Below are positions 14,152 to 27,541 of a DNA stretch of 64,000 bases, piece after piece. Both the position numbers and the translations under genes were made by a program. The notes under the pieces were generated by a model that worked only from the letters and a program-made list of their open reading frames with translations, was not told the DNA's origin and made no database searches. This DNA is from Sphagnum compactum (taxonomy: Eukaryota), in NCBI GenBank assembly GCA_965153455.1, contig OZ234493.1:7926213-7990212 (forward strand). The letters are read 5' to 3'. The first letter of the stretch is position 1, and every line of letters starts with the position of its first letter.

Positions 14152-16357
14152 CTTGCAAGGCACAGTGGACAGCTCTTTTACGTCTACGTAACCCAGTCAT
14201 AGTTCAAAATGGACATGCCCCTTGGACAAATCATGAAAACCATTACGTTATGGGGATGGATGTATATTGTGCTACTAGTTTCTCTGCTCATTTTCAAGAT
14301 TTTGGCCTACCATACTGTGCTTGCCCAAATTCCCCAAAAGCACCTTACCATGGACAATGAATGGCGTTTACCCGACACAATCCATAACAAATGATGGTTT
14401 TTCATGATTTGCACAATGGGCATGTGGATTTTGAACAGTGGTTGGGTCAGGTAGACCCAAGAAGCCATGTCCATTGTGCGGCTTTGTGCTGTGTACAGTG
14501 AACCAAAGAAGGCCATATGAAAACCATTATGTAACTATAATGTAATAATTTTCATTTGGTCCCACAGTTTGAGGACCCGTCACCTGTGGTGTGTTAGGTA
14601 CTCTGATGTTCGAGTTCTATTTTTTTCGGGGCATAATTTCATGGAAACATTTCTTATTTTAACTTCTGCTGGTTTGAAATTTCGCATAAGGGGCACAGCC
14701 ATTACATTCTTATAGCACAGCTTATTTTCTATTTTGTCATGGCATGTTTCGTTTTCAATCTTGTAGCTAAAAACTCTTGCGGTTTTGAATCGGTAATGTG
14801 TCTTGTCCACAAGATTGCAATCATGTCTTCTGGTCCAATCAATTGACCAAACTAAATACCAAATTCAAAAAAATACATACTGTATGTATGTAATACATGA
14901 ATGGATTCTGCACTGATCAATTATTCTTGAAATTATCAAGTTATGGAGATATTATTGCAAGAAATGTTTGAGATCCCATTGTCAACAGTACTGGAAACCT
15001 AAGAGAAGATTTGCCTAAATGCTTTTAGATATGCAAATCATGAGATTTGGATGGAAGCATGTGGCATGGCATAGCTAGTGATGTTGCTCTAGCGAGGGAA
15101 CATAGCTTTTACTCCGCACCACTTTAGTTTAAGGAAAGAAATGTGTCTATCTATGTGGTGCAGCAGGAGGTGGTCATTGTCTGTTGGAAATGGTGACAAG
15201 GGAGCATAACAAAAGATGCAAGTGCATCAGGCCTCCCTTTGTGTGATGGAAGTAGTTCTTTTCTAAAGATAATTGTGAAAAAGATGTACAATATGTATGT
15301 AAGTCGAAAATTTTGATAAAAACTAAAGATGATTGAAATGCATTTTAATAACTTAGTTCATTATTCGGCACCTTTTCAGTTTTTGAAATTGTCAAAATTG
15401 TAGCCATCAAGTTCAAAATCCTCAAAGTTTTTGAAGTAATTGAGAAGATCTTCACCCCTTACCAAAAAAATTGATTACAAAAACTTTAACTATTGAAATT
15501 TGATTAAGTACTAAAATTATGACTTCATTTTTGGTAATGGATGGATGTGTTTGGATGTTTACCTTGACATTTACTATTCATTAAGTATTTATCCATTCGG
15601 TTCTCAAATGCATGAATTATCCATCCAATTATGAAGATGAATTGTTTAGCAAGATGAAGGTGTGGATGGTCGGTAGAAATACTCTTGTCATGTTCTACTC
15701 ACAACACAAACCAAATACTGTTGGAAGGCCTTTGAGTTGAATGGAAGATTTTAAGTGTAATAATTACTTCCATAACTTGATGTATTATAAATAATGTAGT
15801 TTTTTCCCTCAATTTTAACATGTATGTTCAATTGATCGTTCTTATGACCTAATTAGTTTTTCAATTCATATTTATTTAAATCAGAAATGCAGTTACATAT
15901 GCCTAAACACATAGTAGGCTTAACCTTGGTTTGTGATTGTGGATTTCAAGACTTCATTTATAGGACAATATGGAGGAAGGAACTCCATATTTTTTCAAGT
16001 TGAGCTTGTTTCACCATCAAAAGATTTTCACAAATGTTATGTGTATGTATTGGATCATAGTGAGACAAAGTAAAGTGACTAGAGTTGAAGTTCTTTTTGA
16101 GAGATGCATTAAATATTGGCAGGGAAATAAGTGACATGCTGAAATAGTGTTTTGAGAGTTAGGGTGAATCTTGAGTTGTTTTGCATTAGTTTCATATCTA
16201 AGCTTCTTATACATTGATATGAATTCAAAACAAGCTATTGATTAAATACACAAGTTGATAGGTGAAAGGTTTCAATAAACTCTATGTGAAAGAGTGTTGA
16301 TGCAAGAAGCACACATGACTCTTAACATCAAACACCAACCATCGTTGAGTTGTCATG

Positions 16358-16498
16358 ATCTCTAAAGCTTGCATCCACATTTGGAGCCTTCCTTAATGTC
16401 CCTTCTGAAAAAGGTTGAGCAACCTTCATTCAAATTTCATTATCTCTAAAGCTTGCATCCACATTTGGAGCCTTTGTTAATAATGTCCCTTCTTGAAG
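16358..16498. repeat. Local direct duplication (84-bp period, 2 copies)
   Basis: ATCTCTAAAGCTTGCATCCACATTTGGAGCCTT occurs at 16358 and 16442, each followed by TAATGTCCCTTCT. Confidence 0.85.
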
Positions 16499-17539
16499 AG
16501 ATCCTCCTTTATCCAAATTGTCTAATTGTGTAATTTGATACAATTCTGATCTTAGCTTTTGGAGTCTTGCTATTAGTAGAAGGGTTTTTTGGATGCTCTC
16601 CTTCCTTTTATTTTGTGGTAAGTTTTATCCACTATTGATCATAAATCATAGATAGTATTATTGTGTCCTTGTTTTTTCTGGGGGTGTAGACTTGTAAACT
16701 TGGAGTGTTCGGGGCATTAAAACTATATTAGTAAGTAAAAGCACTTGCTGACAATTTTTCCTTTTGGTCTGTGGAGGTGCTCTCAAAGGTGAAAGATGAT
16801 GGGCCAGATTGGGTGAGGATTCTTACATTTAGTAATCCTCCCTGACATGGTGCCTGATCTGGTTGGGGATGAAATTTTTTCAGTTAGTGGGTTTAAGAAA
16901 CCTATGCAAGGAGGAGAGAGGCTGGTGATCACCAGTTCTTGTCCCTGGCATGCCACTGGCATGCCAGAGACATTCAGAGAGTTCTGTTCTGGGGTCTGTA
17001 ACGTTCATTCAAAGCTCAAACATTCCAAGCCGACTGTAGGTTACGGTTGCTTTCTCTACACACAATCCAGGCAGGAAGCAGAACACATGCCTCAGAGAAA
17101 TATTAAGGAGGAGCAACATTTGTATGTATGACAAAGAACCTCCTCGCAACAAAACTCCTTGTCGCTGTGCCAAATTGGTGTTGTGCGGCGGTTCTTTGAT
17201 TTTTATTGATAAAACAAGCCTCCAGTTCTGCTTTTTCAAAAATAAAAATCAGAATAAGATTACCAAAGGTTTTTTAAAAAATTTCAGAATCAAAGAAGCT
17301 TTGGTTTGCAGGCATTTGAAAAGAATAATTTGTTATATTTACAAAAAAGAAAAAGAACCCCCTCCAGTTTCTGGGTTTTTGGAAAACTTCAAAAAAACCA
17401 ACCAGTGGGTTTCATGAAGGAATTCACAAAGAACTGCACAGTTTACACTTGATTTTTGAGAACACGGCATAAGGATCAAGACCGGTTGGTTCTACAGCTT
17501 TTGAGGAACAATCAGTCAAGGGTCAGAATTGGTTCTTTG

Positions 17540-17740
17540 AGAAACGTTTGAGAATTGTTTATTAGGCAAAGATTTTGAAATTCGCCAGATTCCATATTAA
17601 ATTCCAATTGATAGCCAAAATTATAGAATCAAAAATTTACTTTCATTTTTGGTTTGTTTATCACTCACTGCTAGACTTGGCTAATTCATCTTTTATGCAT
17701 GACAATAATAACATCACAAATTTGAAAAAGAAAACACAGT
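17540..17740 (-). mobile_element. Short dispersed repeat (MITE-like family A), copy 3
   Basis: Similar to 11380-11583 and to the reverse complement of 5950-6080. Ends in AAAAAGAAAACACAG. Confidence 0.4.
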
Positions 17741-20096
17741 TTGAAGGTAGCTTTTTTTTTTCTTTTTCTTTGTTGTTGTTACAGAGGCAAAAAAATCCTC
17801 AGCACTTGGAGACCAGAAAAAAGAGGAAGCAGTGCAAACTCGTACAAAGGAAATTTTGGAGGAAAAAAAAAAAAACCAAAAGTCGCCATAGTTTGAGGGA
17901 AGTTTTTTGAGGAGCTTTAAACCTATAATCTAAATAGCCAAAATTGCAATAATTGATGGACTTAAACTCCGTCGTCCACAAGAGCACTTAAACTCACAGA
18001 ATTGCACCCCACAAAATTTATAATTGATTAAAATTACATTTTAAAAATATTTTTTTAATTTTTAAAAAAAAACTACTGCTTCAAGGAGAATTGGAAAAAA
18101 AAACCAACAGAAAAAGGTAGGTACCAATTGCAACTAGCAGTAGTAAGTAGTACTGGGACTTACTTACTTACGTGTTAAGCAGCGTTGAAAAGCGTGCATC
18201 ACATTCTCAGAGGAAAAGAAGAAAGAGAAGCCCCATCTGTCTGGTCTGGTGTGAAGCTGGTGGCGGGGGGGGGGGAGGGGGAGGGAGGCCAATTTGCAGC
18301 GTGCCAAAAAGTACTACTTCCTTCCACTCTCAAAATGACCCTGCAGGTACGATACTCCTTTTTACCCTTCACCCAAAGTCCTAGGCAGATGTAAAAGCCA
18401 CACAACACAGATTATGAGGAGTCGGAAACCCCCCCCCCCCTTCTCTCCCCCCCCCCCCCCCCCCCCCCCACAAGACCCCCCAAATTTAATATTATAATAA
18501 TATAAATAAATAAAAACTCAACAACGGATTACCTGATGATTCCGTTCGCACGCTCATTACTCCTATACTCCTTTTGATATAAAAAAATATTTAAAAAAAA
18601 ATTTGGGCGGGGAGGGAAACAAATGGAAACATTCATTGCACAAAAAAATAGGTCAGGCCTCCCTACCCATTGCTACCTAAGGTAGTTTTTAGTTTGTTTT
18701 GTTTTTTTTTTTTTGGGTTTTTTTTGGTCGCGCTGAAATCTCCCAAACCACAGCAGCCGCACACTTTTTGTGCTCTTGGTACCATTGGAAAGCTCTCAAG
18801 GGTGGGTGCATCCAGATGATTTTGTCATGTTTAAACAAGTGTATTTTTTTGGGACAAATTTTATTGTTTTTTCTTGACAAGAAATTGAGAAAATTTGGAT
18901 TTTCTTTTTCTTTTTCTTTTTTATTGTAGATTTTCAACTAATTTTTCTAATTTCAGGGGCATTTTTTTTCCCCAATTCTCAGTAACAAAAAGATTAAACC
19001 CCTGGTTTCCACATATGGTGCAAGTGTTATTGAATGAATATTGAATAGTTCTGTTGTTAAAAATTCAATAAAATCAAAACTAAAAACTTTAAAGGCAATT
19101 AATTGGGGTGCCACTCTTGGTATTATTGTTGGAAAGCTCAACTGGAAAAGTCGATTTTTAAAAAAATAATTTGGGGGTGTTGTTTGTTTGTGTAGTAGTC
19201 CGCACATCTTCCTACACATCTTCCTTCTGGTCTTGTAAGTAGGGTTATCATCACTGGAATTTTATTTATTTTTTCTTTTTGTGTTTTGGTGTTGGGTTTT
19301 GGACTTTCCAGTAGGAGAGTGCGTGTGTTTTGGGGAGGGGGGAGGGGGGGGGGGTGTGGGTGTTTTTTTTTTTGTATTTCGATGGGGATTTTTAAATAAG
19401 AAATTAAAAGTAATCTTGGGCAGCCAATTTTTTTTCAGAAAAATAATACTATCGTTTTTCCAACCAAAAAGAAATGAGAAAATTTGAAGAAATATATTAT
19501 TTTGCAAGTGTAAGTAAATTAGACCCAAAAAAAAAATTTCTCTATGTTTGGGGAGAAATTCACCAAATTTTTTATATAAAAAATTTGAAAAATAACCCCT
19601 GAATCGGGCATCTTTGGTTCAAGTTTCTCTAGACTAAATGCACTGTTTAAAAAAACAGAGAAATTGGGGGGGGGGGGGGGAGGGAGGGGATGGGTTGGTC
19701 CGGTGGGGATCTTTATTAAATTGAAACTAAAGTAGTAATGAGCTTTTTCTTGAGTTGAAATTTCTGTAGACTAAATTTTACTGCTTAGATAGTTTCGTTT
19801 GTTGTTGAAGGCTCTTGTCCTCGCAACTCCAAGGAAGGAACGAAGGAACGAAGGGCTATTTGTGCACTGAGTATTGGTTTCAGTGTTTTCTTCGTCTAAG
19901 TCCGGTTGGTACTTCGAAAACAATCTATCACTTCCCTTTCCTTCCTTTGTCTCCCTCCCGTGTGCTCGAAATTGTGTTTTTGTCAGCAATCCTCACAAAG
20001 AGTCTAGTCTTGTCTTGCACCAATTGTCGAAATTTTCAGCTTCACTGTCCTACAGCTCCAAGTTTCTGATAGATACTTCTTTTGTTGCTTGACCCG

Positions 20097-20123
20097 ATGT
20101 CGAAGCTGGCAGCAGTACAGTAG
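20097..20123 (+). promoter_or_regulatory. uORF (MSKLAAVQ*) in predicted 5'UTR of the AP2/ERF gene
   Basis: ATG TCG AAG CTG GCA GCA GTA CAG TAG. It is the only ATG between 19770 and the predicted donor at 20171, and there is none in 20681-20784. Confidence 0.45.
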
Positions 20124-20170
20124 AGCTAGCTCCTCACTCTTGTCGCTAATTGTAAGCTCCTGCAATTCTG

Positions 20171-20680
20171 GTATGTATGCCGTTCTTGTTGCTAGACTGA
20201 ATTTTCACTGTGTTTCAATAACAAGAATTGTTATTCGGTCGACCCATTGATCGATCACCCAAGCAGTTTCTCAAGGTTTTACTTCTTGTTTGTTTACAAG
20301 GGTTTGTTTGTTTGTTTCCGATCATTCGTCGTCCTCCGTCACTGATCAGTCGAGAGCGAGTCACAAACTGTTTTGCCTGTACGCGTCTTTGTTACCAGCT
20401 GCGTCGCATTGATTGCCGTCGTCTCATTTTCATGCATTTTGAATTTGTTCATGGGTCTGCTCTGTGAGGACTCATGTGATGTGTAGCTGTTGTTTCGACT
20501 GCGGAGTTCTAGACTAACAGCTATATCAACTTCGGTGGCACCTGCATTGGAGTTTTGTTATTCTCGTCAACTATGTTTTTCCTGCTCAAAAGCAGCTCTT
20601 GTGTGTAACTGGGAAGATCGTGTGTCCAGTCTTGATCTCCAACGTAAAGATCTGACGTTTCCACAATCCTTTTCTCCCAG
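20171..20680 (+). other. Predicted 5'UTR intron of the AP2/ERF gene
   Basis: Donor CTG|GTATGT at 20171, branch-point CTGAC at 20652, pyrimidine tract and acceptor CCTTTTCTCCCAG| ending at 20680. The body is T-rich and the acceptor lies 104 nt upstream of the ATG. Confidence 0.6.
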
Positions 20681-20784
20681 CTACTGGATTGGAGTGCATC
20701 ACTTATCAGCTTCTACTTGGGAAGGAAAAAAATTGGGTGTTTTCCAATTTCGAGATTGTGAATCTAGACCCAGTAGTCGTCGAC

Positions 20785-22608
20785 ATGGCGCTTCATGATA
20801 TGGTGCTCCAGGGATGTTCCACCGTCCCGAAGCGAAAGTGGCGGGATTCTTTGACCGAGGTGGCTGCTGCAGCACCGTGGAAGAGAGAGAAGCTGCTGCA
20901 GCAGTCGACTGGGTTGTTGCTTGACGATTCACCAGCGCTAATGTATTTGTCGGGCAAGTGCTTGATCTGCCTGGGACCTACCGTGCATCCCTTCTGCCCA
21001 GTCTGTGTGTGCGATTACCAAGACGATATCGCTCCTCCTCAGCCTCGATTCCAAGCTGCTACTTCCGCTGATTCTTCGTTACAGCAGCAGCATCGCCACA
21101 GTTGGAGCAACAACAGCGGTTCCTCTTCTCCCCCTGCTGCTGCTGACTTGAGCAGCAGCAGCAGTTGGATCAGCAACAACAGCGGCTCTTGTATTACTGA
21201 TCATCAGACGCAGCAGTTCTCAAACGTTAGCAGCAGCAGCTACGAACAAAGCGTCCTATTGCCCGATGCCGATCTCCTCTCTCTATGTTCAATAGTTCAC
21301 AAGAGTGACCCGATGCCTGCAGCAGCTTCCGAAATCCGCCGCAATGTGCAGGAGGACTTGGAGGGTATTGCTGCTGTTGTTGGCCCTCGTGCGCTGTTTG
21401 GAAAATCAACGACTTCGACTCTGTGCACCACCATCGTTTCTGCAAATTCAGAGGTGGTGTCTTCTTCTTCATCCTTTCGGCAGCCTGCTGGCTCGACGCC
21501 CGCGTCGCTGCCACATGAGGTGACGGCGTTGAACAACTCCTCTTTCAACAGCGAACATATCTATTCCTCTTCTACGTCTGATGCAGCTGCCGTAATGTTG
21601 TCTGGAAGACCCAAAGGCGTCCAGATGCTTCGTGCTTCCAGACACATTGTAGAGGATGTGAAAGGCAGCGCCAGCTCGCTACAGATTCCTCGCATGAAAC
21701 CCTCGGTAAGAAACATGGCTAAGAAGAAGAGCTATTCAGAGAATTTGCGCAGCAATTCGGAAACACGAGGTGGTGGTGGTGGTATCAGCGGCAGCAAGGT
21801 GGTCGACGTTGCTGCAAGCTGCTCGTCTACTGCCCGAGTGTACAGAGGTGTGAGAAAGAGGCCATGGGGAAGATGGTCAGCTGAGATTCGTGACCGCATT
21901 GGCAAATGTAGACACTGGCTAGGCACTTTCGACACAGCTGAAGACGCGGCGCGAGCTTACGATGCTGCAGCACGCAATCTGAGGGGAGCTAAAGCACGCA
22001 CTAATTTCGTAATCCCTTCCTCATGCAGCTCATCGCCATCAGCAGCTCCCAATCAACCCGTTCAATTCTCAGCTCCTGAGAAGATCTCCCGAGCTCGGAT
22101 AGGTACTGGCCGGTTGGGTGTTGAGCTGCCGCGAGATCCCATAACACCAACCTTATTGCAAGAAAGGAGATCGACCGTGAGCGCCGGAAGCATGATGCGG
22201 ATCTCTTCCACTTCGCAACTGCATGCAGTAGTTTCTTCTTCACATCCTGTAACTGTGGATAGACGTGATCAGTACATTTCGCAGCAGGAAGCAGCAGCGC
22301 TGCAGCTTACGGCAGCAGGTGGAGTACAGTATCAACTTCCTCCAATTCGTCCACTTGAGCTTGACCTGAAGCTTGGATTTTGCAGCCCAAAAACAGCTGC
22401 TTCTTCTAGTCTAGAAATCAATGCGCAGGAACCGTCATCTGCAACAATACAAAACCACCAAAGTATCCAACCATCATCATCATCATCTGCAACAAGACAC
22501 CACCAAAGTTTCCACCCATCATCTGCAACATTCCAAAGTATCCAACAATCGTCTGCAACATTCCAAAGGATTCAACAATCATCATCTGCAATGTTCGAAC
22601 TCCCTTGA
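20785..22608 (+). CDS. AP2/ERF transcription factor (ERF084/At1g80580-type AP2 domain), 607 aa, probable EAR repressor
   Basis: Long GC-rich ORF; the first in-frame ATG is at 20785 (GACATGG context), whereas the ORF-track start at 20689 is a TTG. AP2 domain [57 protein letters not shown] at 21838-22008. Basic NLS-like PKRKWR near the N-terminus, Cys/His cluster at 20959-21012, LxLxL EAR motif LELDLKL at 22354-22374, and Ser/Gln-rich low-complexity regions. Confidence 0.93.
   Translation: MALHDMVLQGCSTVPKRKWRDSLTEVAAAAPWKREKLLQQSTGLLLDDSPALMYLSGKCLICLGPTVHPFCPVCVCDYQDDIAPPQPRFQAATSADSSLQQQHRHSWSNNSGSSSPPAAADLSSSSSWISNNSGSCITDHQTQQFSNVSSSSYEQSVLLPDADLLSLCSIVHKSDPMPAAASEIRRNVQEDLEGIAAVVGPRALFGKSTTSTLCTTIVSANSEVVSSSSSFRQPAGSTPASLPHEVTALNNSSFNSEHIYSSSTSDAAAVMLSGRPKGVQMLRASRHIVEDVKGSASSLQIPRMKPSVRNMAKKKSYSENLRSNSETRGGGGGISGSKVVDVAASCSSTARVYRGVRKRPWGRWSAEIRDRIGKCRHWLGTFDTAEDAARAYDAAARNLRGAKARTNFVIPSSCSSSPSAAPNQPVQFSAPEKISRARIGTGRLGVELPRDPITPTLLQERRSTVSAGSMMRISSTSQLHAVVSSSHPVTVDRRDQYISQQEAAALQLTAAGGVQYQLPPIRPLELDLKLGFCSPKTAASSSLEINAQEPSSATIQNHQSIQPSSSSSATRHHQSFHPSSATFQSIQQSSATFQRIQQSSSAMFELP
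22435..22597 (+). repeat. Intragenic degenerate tandem repeat (SSAT..QSIQ units)
   Basis: TC(A/G)TCTGCAA(C/T) recurs five times, four of them followed by CCAAAG(T/G)(A/T)T(C/T)CA. All copies are in frame at the C-terminus of the AP2 protein. Confidence 0.8.
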
Positions 22609-25600
22609 GAAGCTCTCTCTGCCAGCAATTTTCACCTCACCTTTCAGCAGGCAGGCTTGTTGGTCGGGTCTGATCTGATCAGGTCGTCCTGGTAATGTTT
22701 GTTTTTGTTTGTGGTCCAATTTGTGTTATACTCAGATTCATATATTGATTGCAAAAGTGGGGCTGTGAGCATTTGATAGTAAGTCAGAAAAGGGCACTGT
22801 CTTGATCAAAGATATGAAGGAGAGAGCTGAAGAAGGGTAGAGAGAAAATCATGTTCTTGCAAGTGTGTTCAGCTTGGATGCGAATAGAGAAGTGACTGTT
22901 GGAAAACTGCATCATCCAGTAACATGGGTAGTAATGCAAACAAATTATCTTGCGCAAGGAGTTGTCTTCCTTGGCCTTATGCATCTTAGGAATTGTCTTC
23001 CTTGTGGTCTTATGCAGCTGCTCAGGAATTGTCTTATACAGTTTCCAATTCAAACCAATGCAATTTCCAGTTCTTTGCTCAAACATACAATTTGCTTACC
23101 TAGTTTATGGATTTTCATTAAGTCTTCACTTGAGATGCAAACCTTAGTATGTTATCATATCTTATATCCTATATTATTCATGTCTTATTTTTTCACTATT
23201 TATTTGAGATGTAAAGATCATTTGCTGTCGTAAATGAACACAATTTCAGTTTGCTTTCTTTCTGGAAAAATGCTGTTTGGTGGTCTATTTCCACATTATC
23301 AACTTTCAGAACCTTTGATGATAGGTGTGGTAGGATATCGAACATTTATGTGTGTTTGTTGTTGGAAAACAACACACAACAAAAATGCAAAAACTGACAT
23401 TGTGCACAAAATACATAAAAACATACAACAATAGAGTGTGCTGAAATTTCAAATCATTGAAAATCTAGCTAATTGCTGAAAATCACACCAAAAATGATTT
23501 GAAATCACACAAATTTGGATTATATCCATTCATAAAATATTTTGAACCCTATTCATACTTAAAATCGATTTCAGATAAACATCCAAACAACTAATCTAAC
23601 GGAGTTTATATCTAATTAATTGAGACTTAATGAACATTTAACCTAACAGACTTGACATATTTTCCTAGCTCATAATGTTTCAATATGTAATCACACCCTT
23701 ACATGGTTTGATATATTGAATTTGACATGCCAACCCAACACTAGCTTACAGTCGTACTTGTTCCAATGTTTCATGTTCATTATTAATTTTTGGTAAAGAG
23801 TTGGAATGCCACATGTAGCTCACAAAGCAATTGACAATATTGGGCAAATGAATAATTCGTTGGTTGGTATATAATGTGGTACACGTAATGGTATTAAGGA
23901 CCATATACCAATATGGCATGTAATTATGAAGGCTCTCAATACTTGGACAAAACAAGTATGAGAGTTCAATGGGTAGTAATATACATGGCAAATTAGATAT
24001 TAGCATTATGTGGTAGATTAGCACGAATAATCATTTACGGATTACCCTTTTGTCCTTGCATAGTTGGTAAAAATTGGAGATATATCGTAGTAAAGTAGTG
24101 GAAGTAAATCATTTCGATTTTACCACAATTCACTTAATTGCACCAAAGTTTGCTAATAATAGGACTTAAAAATATGCTTTTGGATTTTCAGACATATTGA
24201 TTAAAAACAATTCTTAAAAAGTGACTATTTATGAACTAAGGTCTTCTCCTGCTCTTTTAAAAGATATTTTCATCAAAATTGCCACAACAAATTTCATTAA
24301 AATCCAAAAGTTGTTAAATTACACTCTTAAAAATACTCCCATGAAATGTTGGTTTGGATTCATGTTTTCATTATAAATGAATAACCATTTTGAATCACCA
24401 AAGGTCTAGCTAGTTGTTTAGTGTTATCGCTAAGCTAGTTGGGTTTTAACATTGGGATTTGTTATTTGTGTGTTTTTGCGTAGGATTCTCTTGTGACAAT
24501 GTTGTGATTTTAAGTTGGGTTTGTTTATGCCATGTGGCATGGGTGTTTTCATGTTAATTGTTCATAGCTAACAATCCATGGGGATTCGAACCCTAGCATG
24601 GCCTAGTTACCTTAGAGTGTAAAGAAAATTGACAAAGCTAGTAGAGGAATAGCCTTGGAAGTTGTGAAAAAAAATTCACAAACAACTAAGAGCAAGAAAG
24701 CCTTTGATTCTTTCACAAGCCCCCCCCCCCCCTCTTTTTCTTTTTTTTCCAAAACTAATGGATTAGGTTTGGCACAAATCCGAACTTGCCAAATATAGGT
24801 TTTAATTTTTTTAAAATAAATTTATAGGGTTTTTTTAATTTTTCAATTTTTATCCACATAGACAATTTTTCATCCATAATTTGGATGGGGATACAAATTT
24901 TCATCAATTTGAATATTTCTTTTTTTAAAAAATTAAAGGGATCTTTAATCCATAATGTGGATGATTTTTTAATGTTCATCCATCCCATTTTCTTCCAACC
25001 TATTAACAAACATGGGTTAAATATTCTGCATGTAAGCTAATAATTGGACATCCCACCTGTGATCAAACATTGAACATGTAAACCCTTATGATTGGATTTT
25101 TTGGGACACTTTCAACCCTATAACAAGACAATAAAAATAATTTTAATCAATTTCGAAATTCTTTTGGAATTAATTGGTATTTTTTTCAAAAGTCCATATC
25201 TTCCACATACGAAGTCGAATTAGGGTGTGGTTTATGCCATCAAGTTTTTAGAAACAAGGGACACATGTATGTGGAGCTATAAAGATTTTGGAAACAAAAA
25301 ATTTGGAGGCTAGAGGTTAATTATCCATTTTGGAATTAATTTCCATTTATTATTTGGAAATTTACATCTTGCCTATATGGAGGCATAATCACAAGTTGTT
25401 TATGTTAATGATGCATTGGGGAAAAACATTGTACTGGTTTTGGAAATTTCAAGCCATTTGAAAATAAACAAATTTGGAAGCTTGCTCATGGGCACGGAAA
25501 GGTGGTGTGCTCAAGGTCGATTTTGTTAATCTTTTAGTACCAATTTCTTTTGTTAGTAAACACCCATTTTCATGACCATGTGGTGGAACACAGACCATCA

Positions 25601-27541
25601 GTGAATAGTGTGGACTTCTATTTGAATTCCTATTGTGATTCATGTGCAAAGATCATAAAATTGAATATTTGTGTTGCATGATTTGTGCATCTCCACTTGT
25701 GTTCATTGGGTTGCATTTATTGCTTGTCAATATTTTGCTTGGGTTGTTATATGATTTTAAGGATGACCTGGGGGTGAACACACATTTTCAAGTTGACCTC
25801 TTAGTGATTTATGTTAATTATTATTCAATGTGAAACCCTAGGTGAAAGGCAATGTGCCTTCCCATGCCTGTTTTTATCATTGCAATGAACCTAAAGGCCA
25901 TGATTAGTGTGATTAATGGCCAAACATGGGACAAGGCTACCACCCAATCTTGATCATTGAATAAGTTTTACTTGGCACGTGGTTTGCTTATACATATTGA
26001 TTAAGTTTTTTTAGCTAAGGTTGTTATATTTGGATGTGCAATTGTAGATATCCTTGGATTTGATCATTAGAATGTACCATTGTTTGGTGTTGTGGTTAGA
26101 TTTAGTTGACGATTGATAAATCATTTTTCTTGTGTTCATAATGTGGGCCAATGTTGTTGGCCTTATGAAATGTTTTTGTGTGTGTAGGTGTCCTAACCAT
26201 ATATTTGCAACGTCCTTGGGTTCATGTTACATGAATTGTGGTTTAAAAGGTAAGTTAAATCACAACATCTTTAACATCCCTTTAGGTTTAGTGTAAATCA
26301 TGACATGTTCATGAAACCTTAATTATTGAAAGTTTCGAGTTGGACACCCAAGTTAAGGTTCATTATGGAACGGGTACAAGATTTAGAGATGGGGAACATG
26401 GTTACTATCACCAATGGTTTTACCAGGTGTGGGGTACATGTAATTCAAACCGCCTACACCACTTTCATTGTCATTTAGGTAAGAATCTTTAAATTTTGAA
26501 ACAAGTTCACCTCCAAGGTGTGTCACCACACCATTGTTGTGGGACATGGACAACATGTATGGAGCCATTAAAGGAACTTGCCGATATTTGAAGGTGGTTG
26601 GCACCATCAAGTTGGATTTCATTTAAGAACTTAACATTTGATGTGATATGCAATAGATGCAAATCCCTAGATGTTCACACCTTTCATGGCATGGAAATGT
26701 TTGTCTTAGCATCTGGGAGGGTCACCTATGAATGATTACCATGAATTGAGACATGCCCATGAGGTTCATATTGAAAAGTGGCAAATATACTAGTCATTCA
26801 ACTATGTGTCTATTATTGAATTACCTATGGTCCCAACACTTAGTTTCACTTTAGGTGTGACTAGAACAACTTTTTCTAGCAGTTGGGCCAATGGGGGTGA
26901 GAGTGTTAGTGGTAATGGAGCCACTTGAAGTGGTGGTACCGATCCTTCCATTAGCACATGGGGGTCCTTGGCCCACATTTAACATAGTCATGGAATTCTT
27001 TGAAACTTGCAACAAAATTACCAAAGGATCCAAATTAAAAAAATACCGAGTTTATAAGAGTTCTAACATAAGCCCCATCAAAGTTTATGAGAAGCCTATG
27101 CATGGTTGATTATGGTGACATGAGTATTATGAAAGCCTAAACAATTTAATTTTGGTATGGGATCTTGACCAATTATGAGCTTAGGTGTCAAACGTAAGTT
27201 GCCATTGTTAAATTAACCTACACAATCCACTTTGGACAATGTGTTCCAAATTATCATAATGAACTGAAATGAACATGGTGGAAGAACAAGTGGTCACCCT
27301 TGGGATTAACAAGGAAAATTTGAGGAATGCATTCACACCATCGATTCAACAATCTCATGGTTAAACTAATAAGGCCACACCACAATATACCAAGGGGGCC
27401 AAGTCAAAACAAGGTGGTTCCACATCATTTTTTGCTGAGTGGGGGGGGGGAGACAAGTGTTGGAGATATGGTGTCTTATTGGAAAAAAACTGCTTTAATA
27501 TTCTTCTGGCCACTGCCACCAACCATAACCCCAACCAACCT

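Noticed and set aside
20689..20784. ORF-track N-terminal extension of the AP2 protein (639 aa)
   Set aside because: It starts at TTG. The first ATG in good context is at 20785.
24581..24593. tRNA B-box-like GGGTTCGAATCCC on the minus strand
   Set aside because: No A-box or cloverleaf could be built. At most it is a decayed SINE or TE fragment.
25180..26250. Possible LINE ORF2 remnant (KKFGG*RLI, Trp-rich 3' part)
   Set aside because: Only one short degenerate motif is visible, which is not enough without a profile search.
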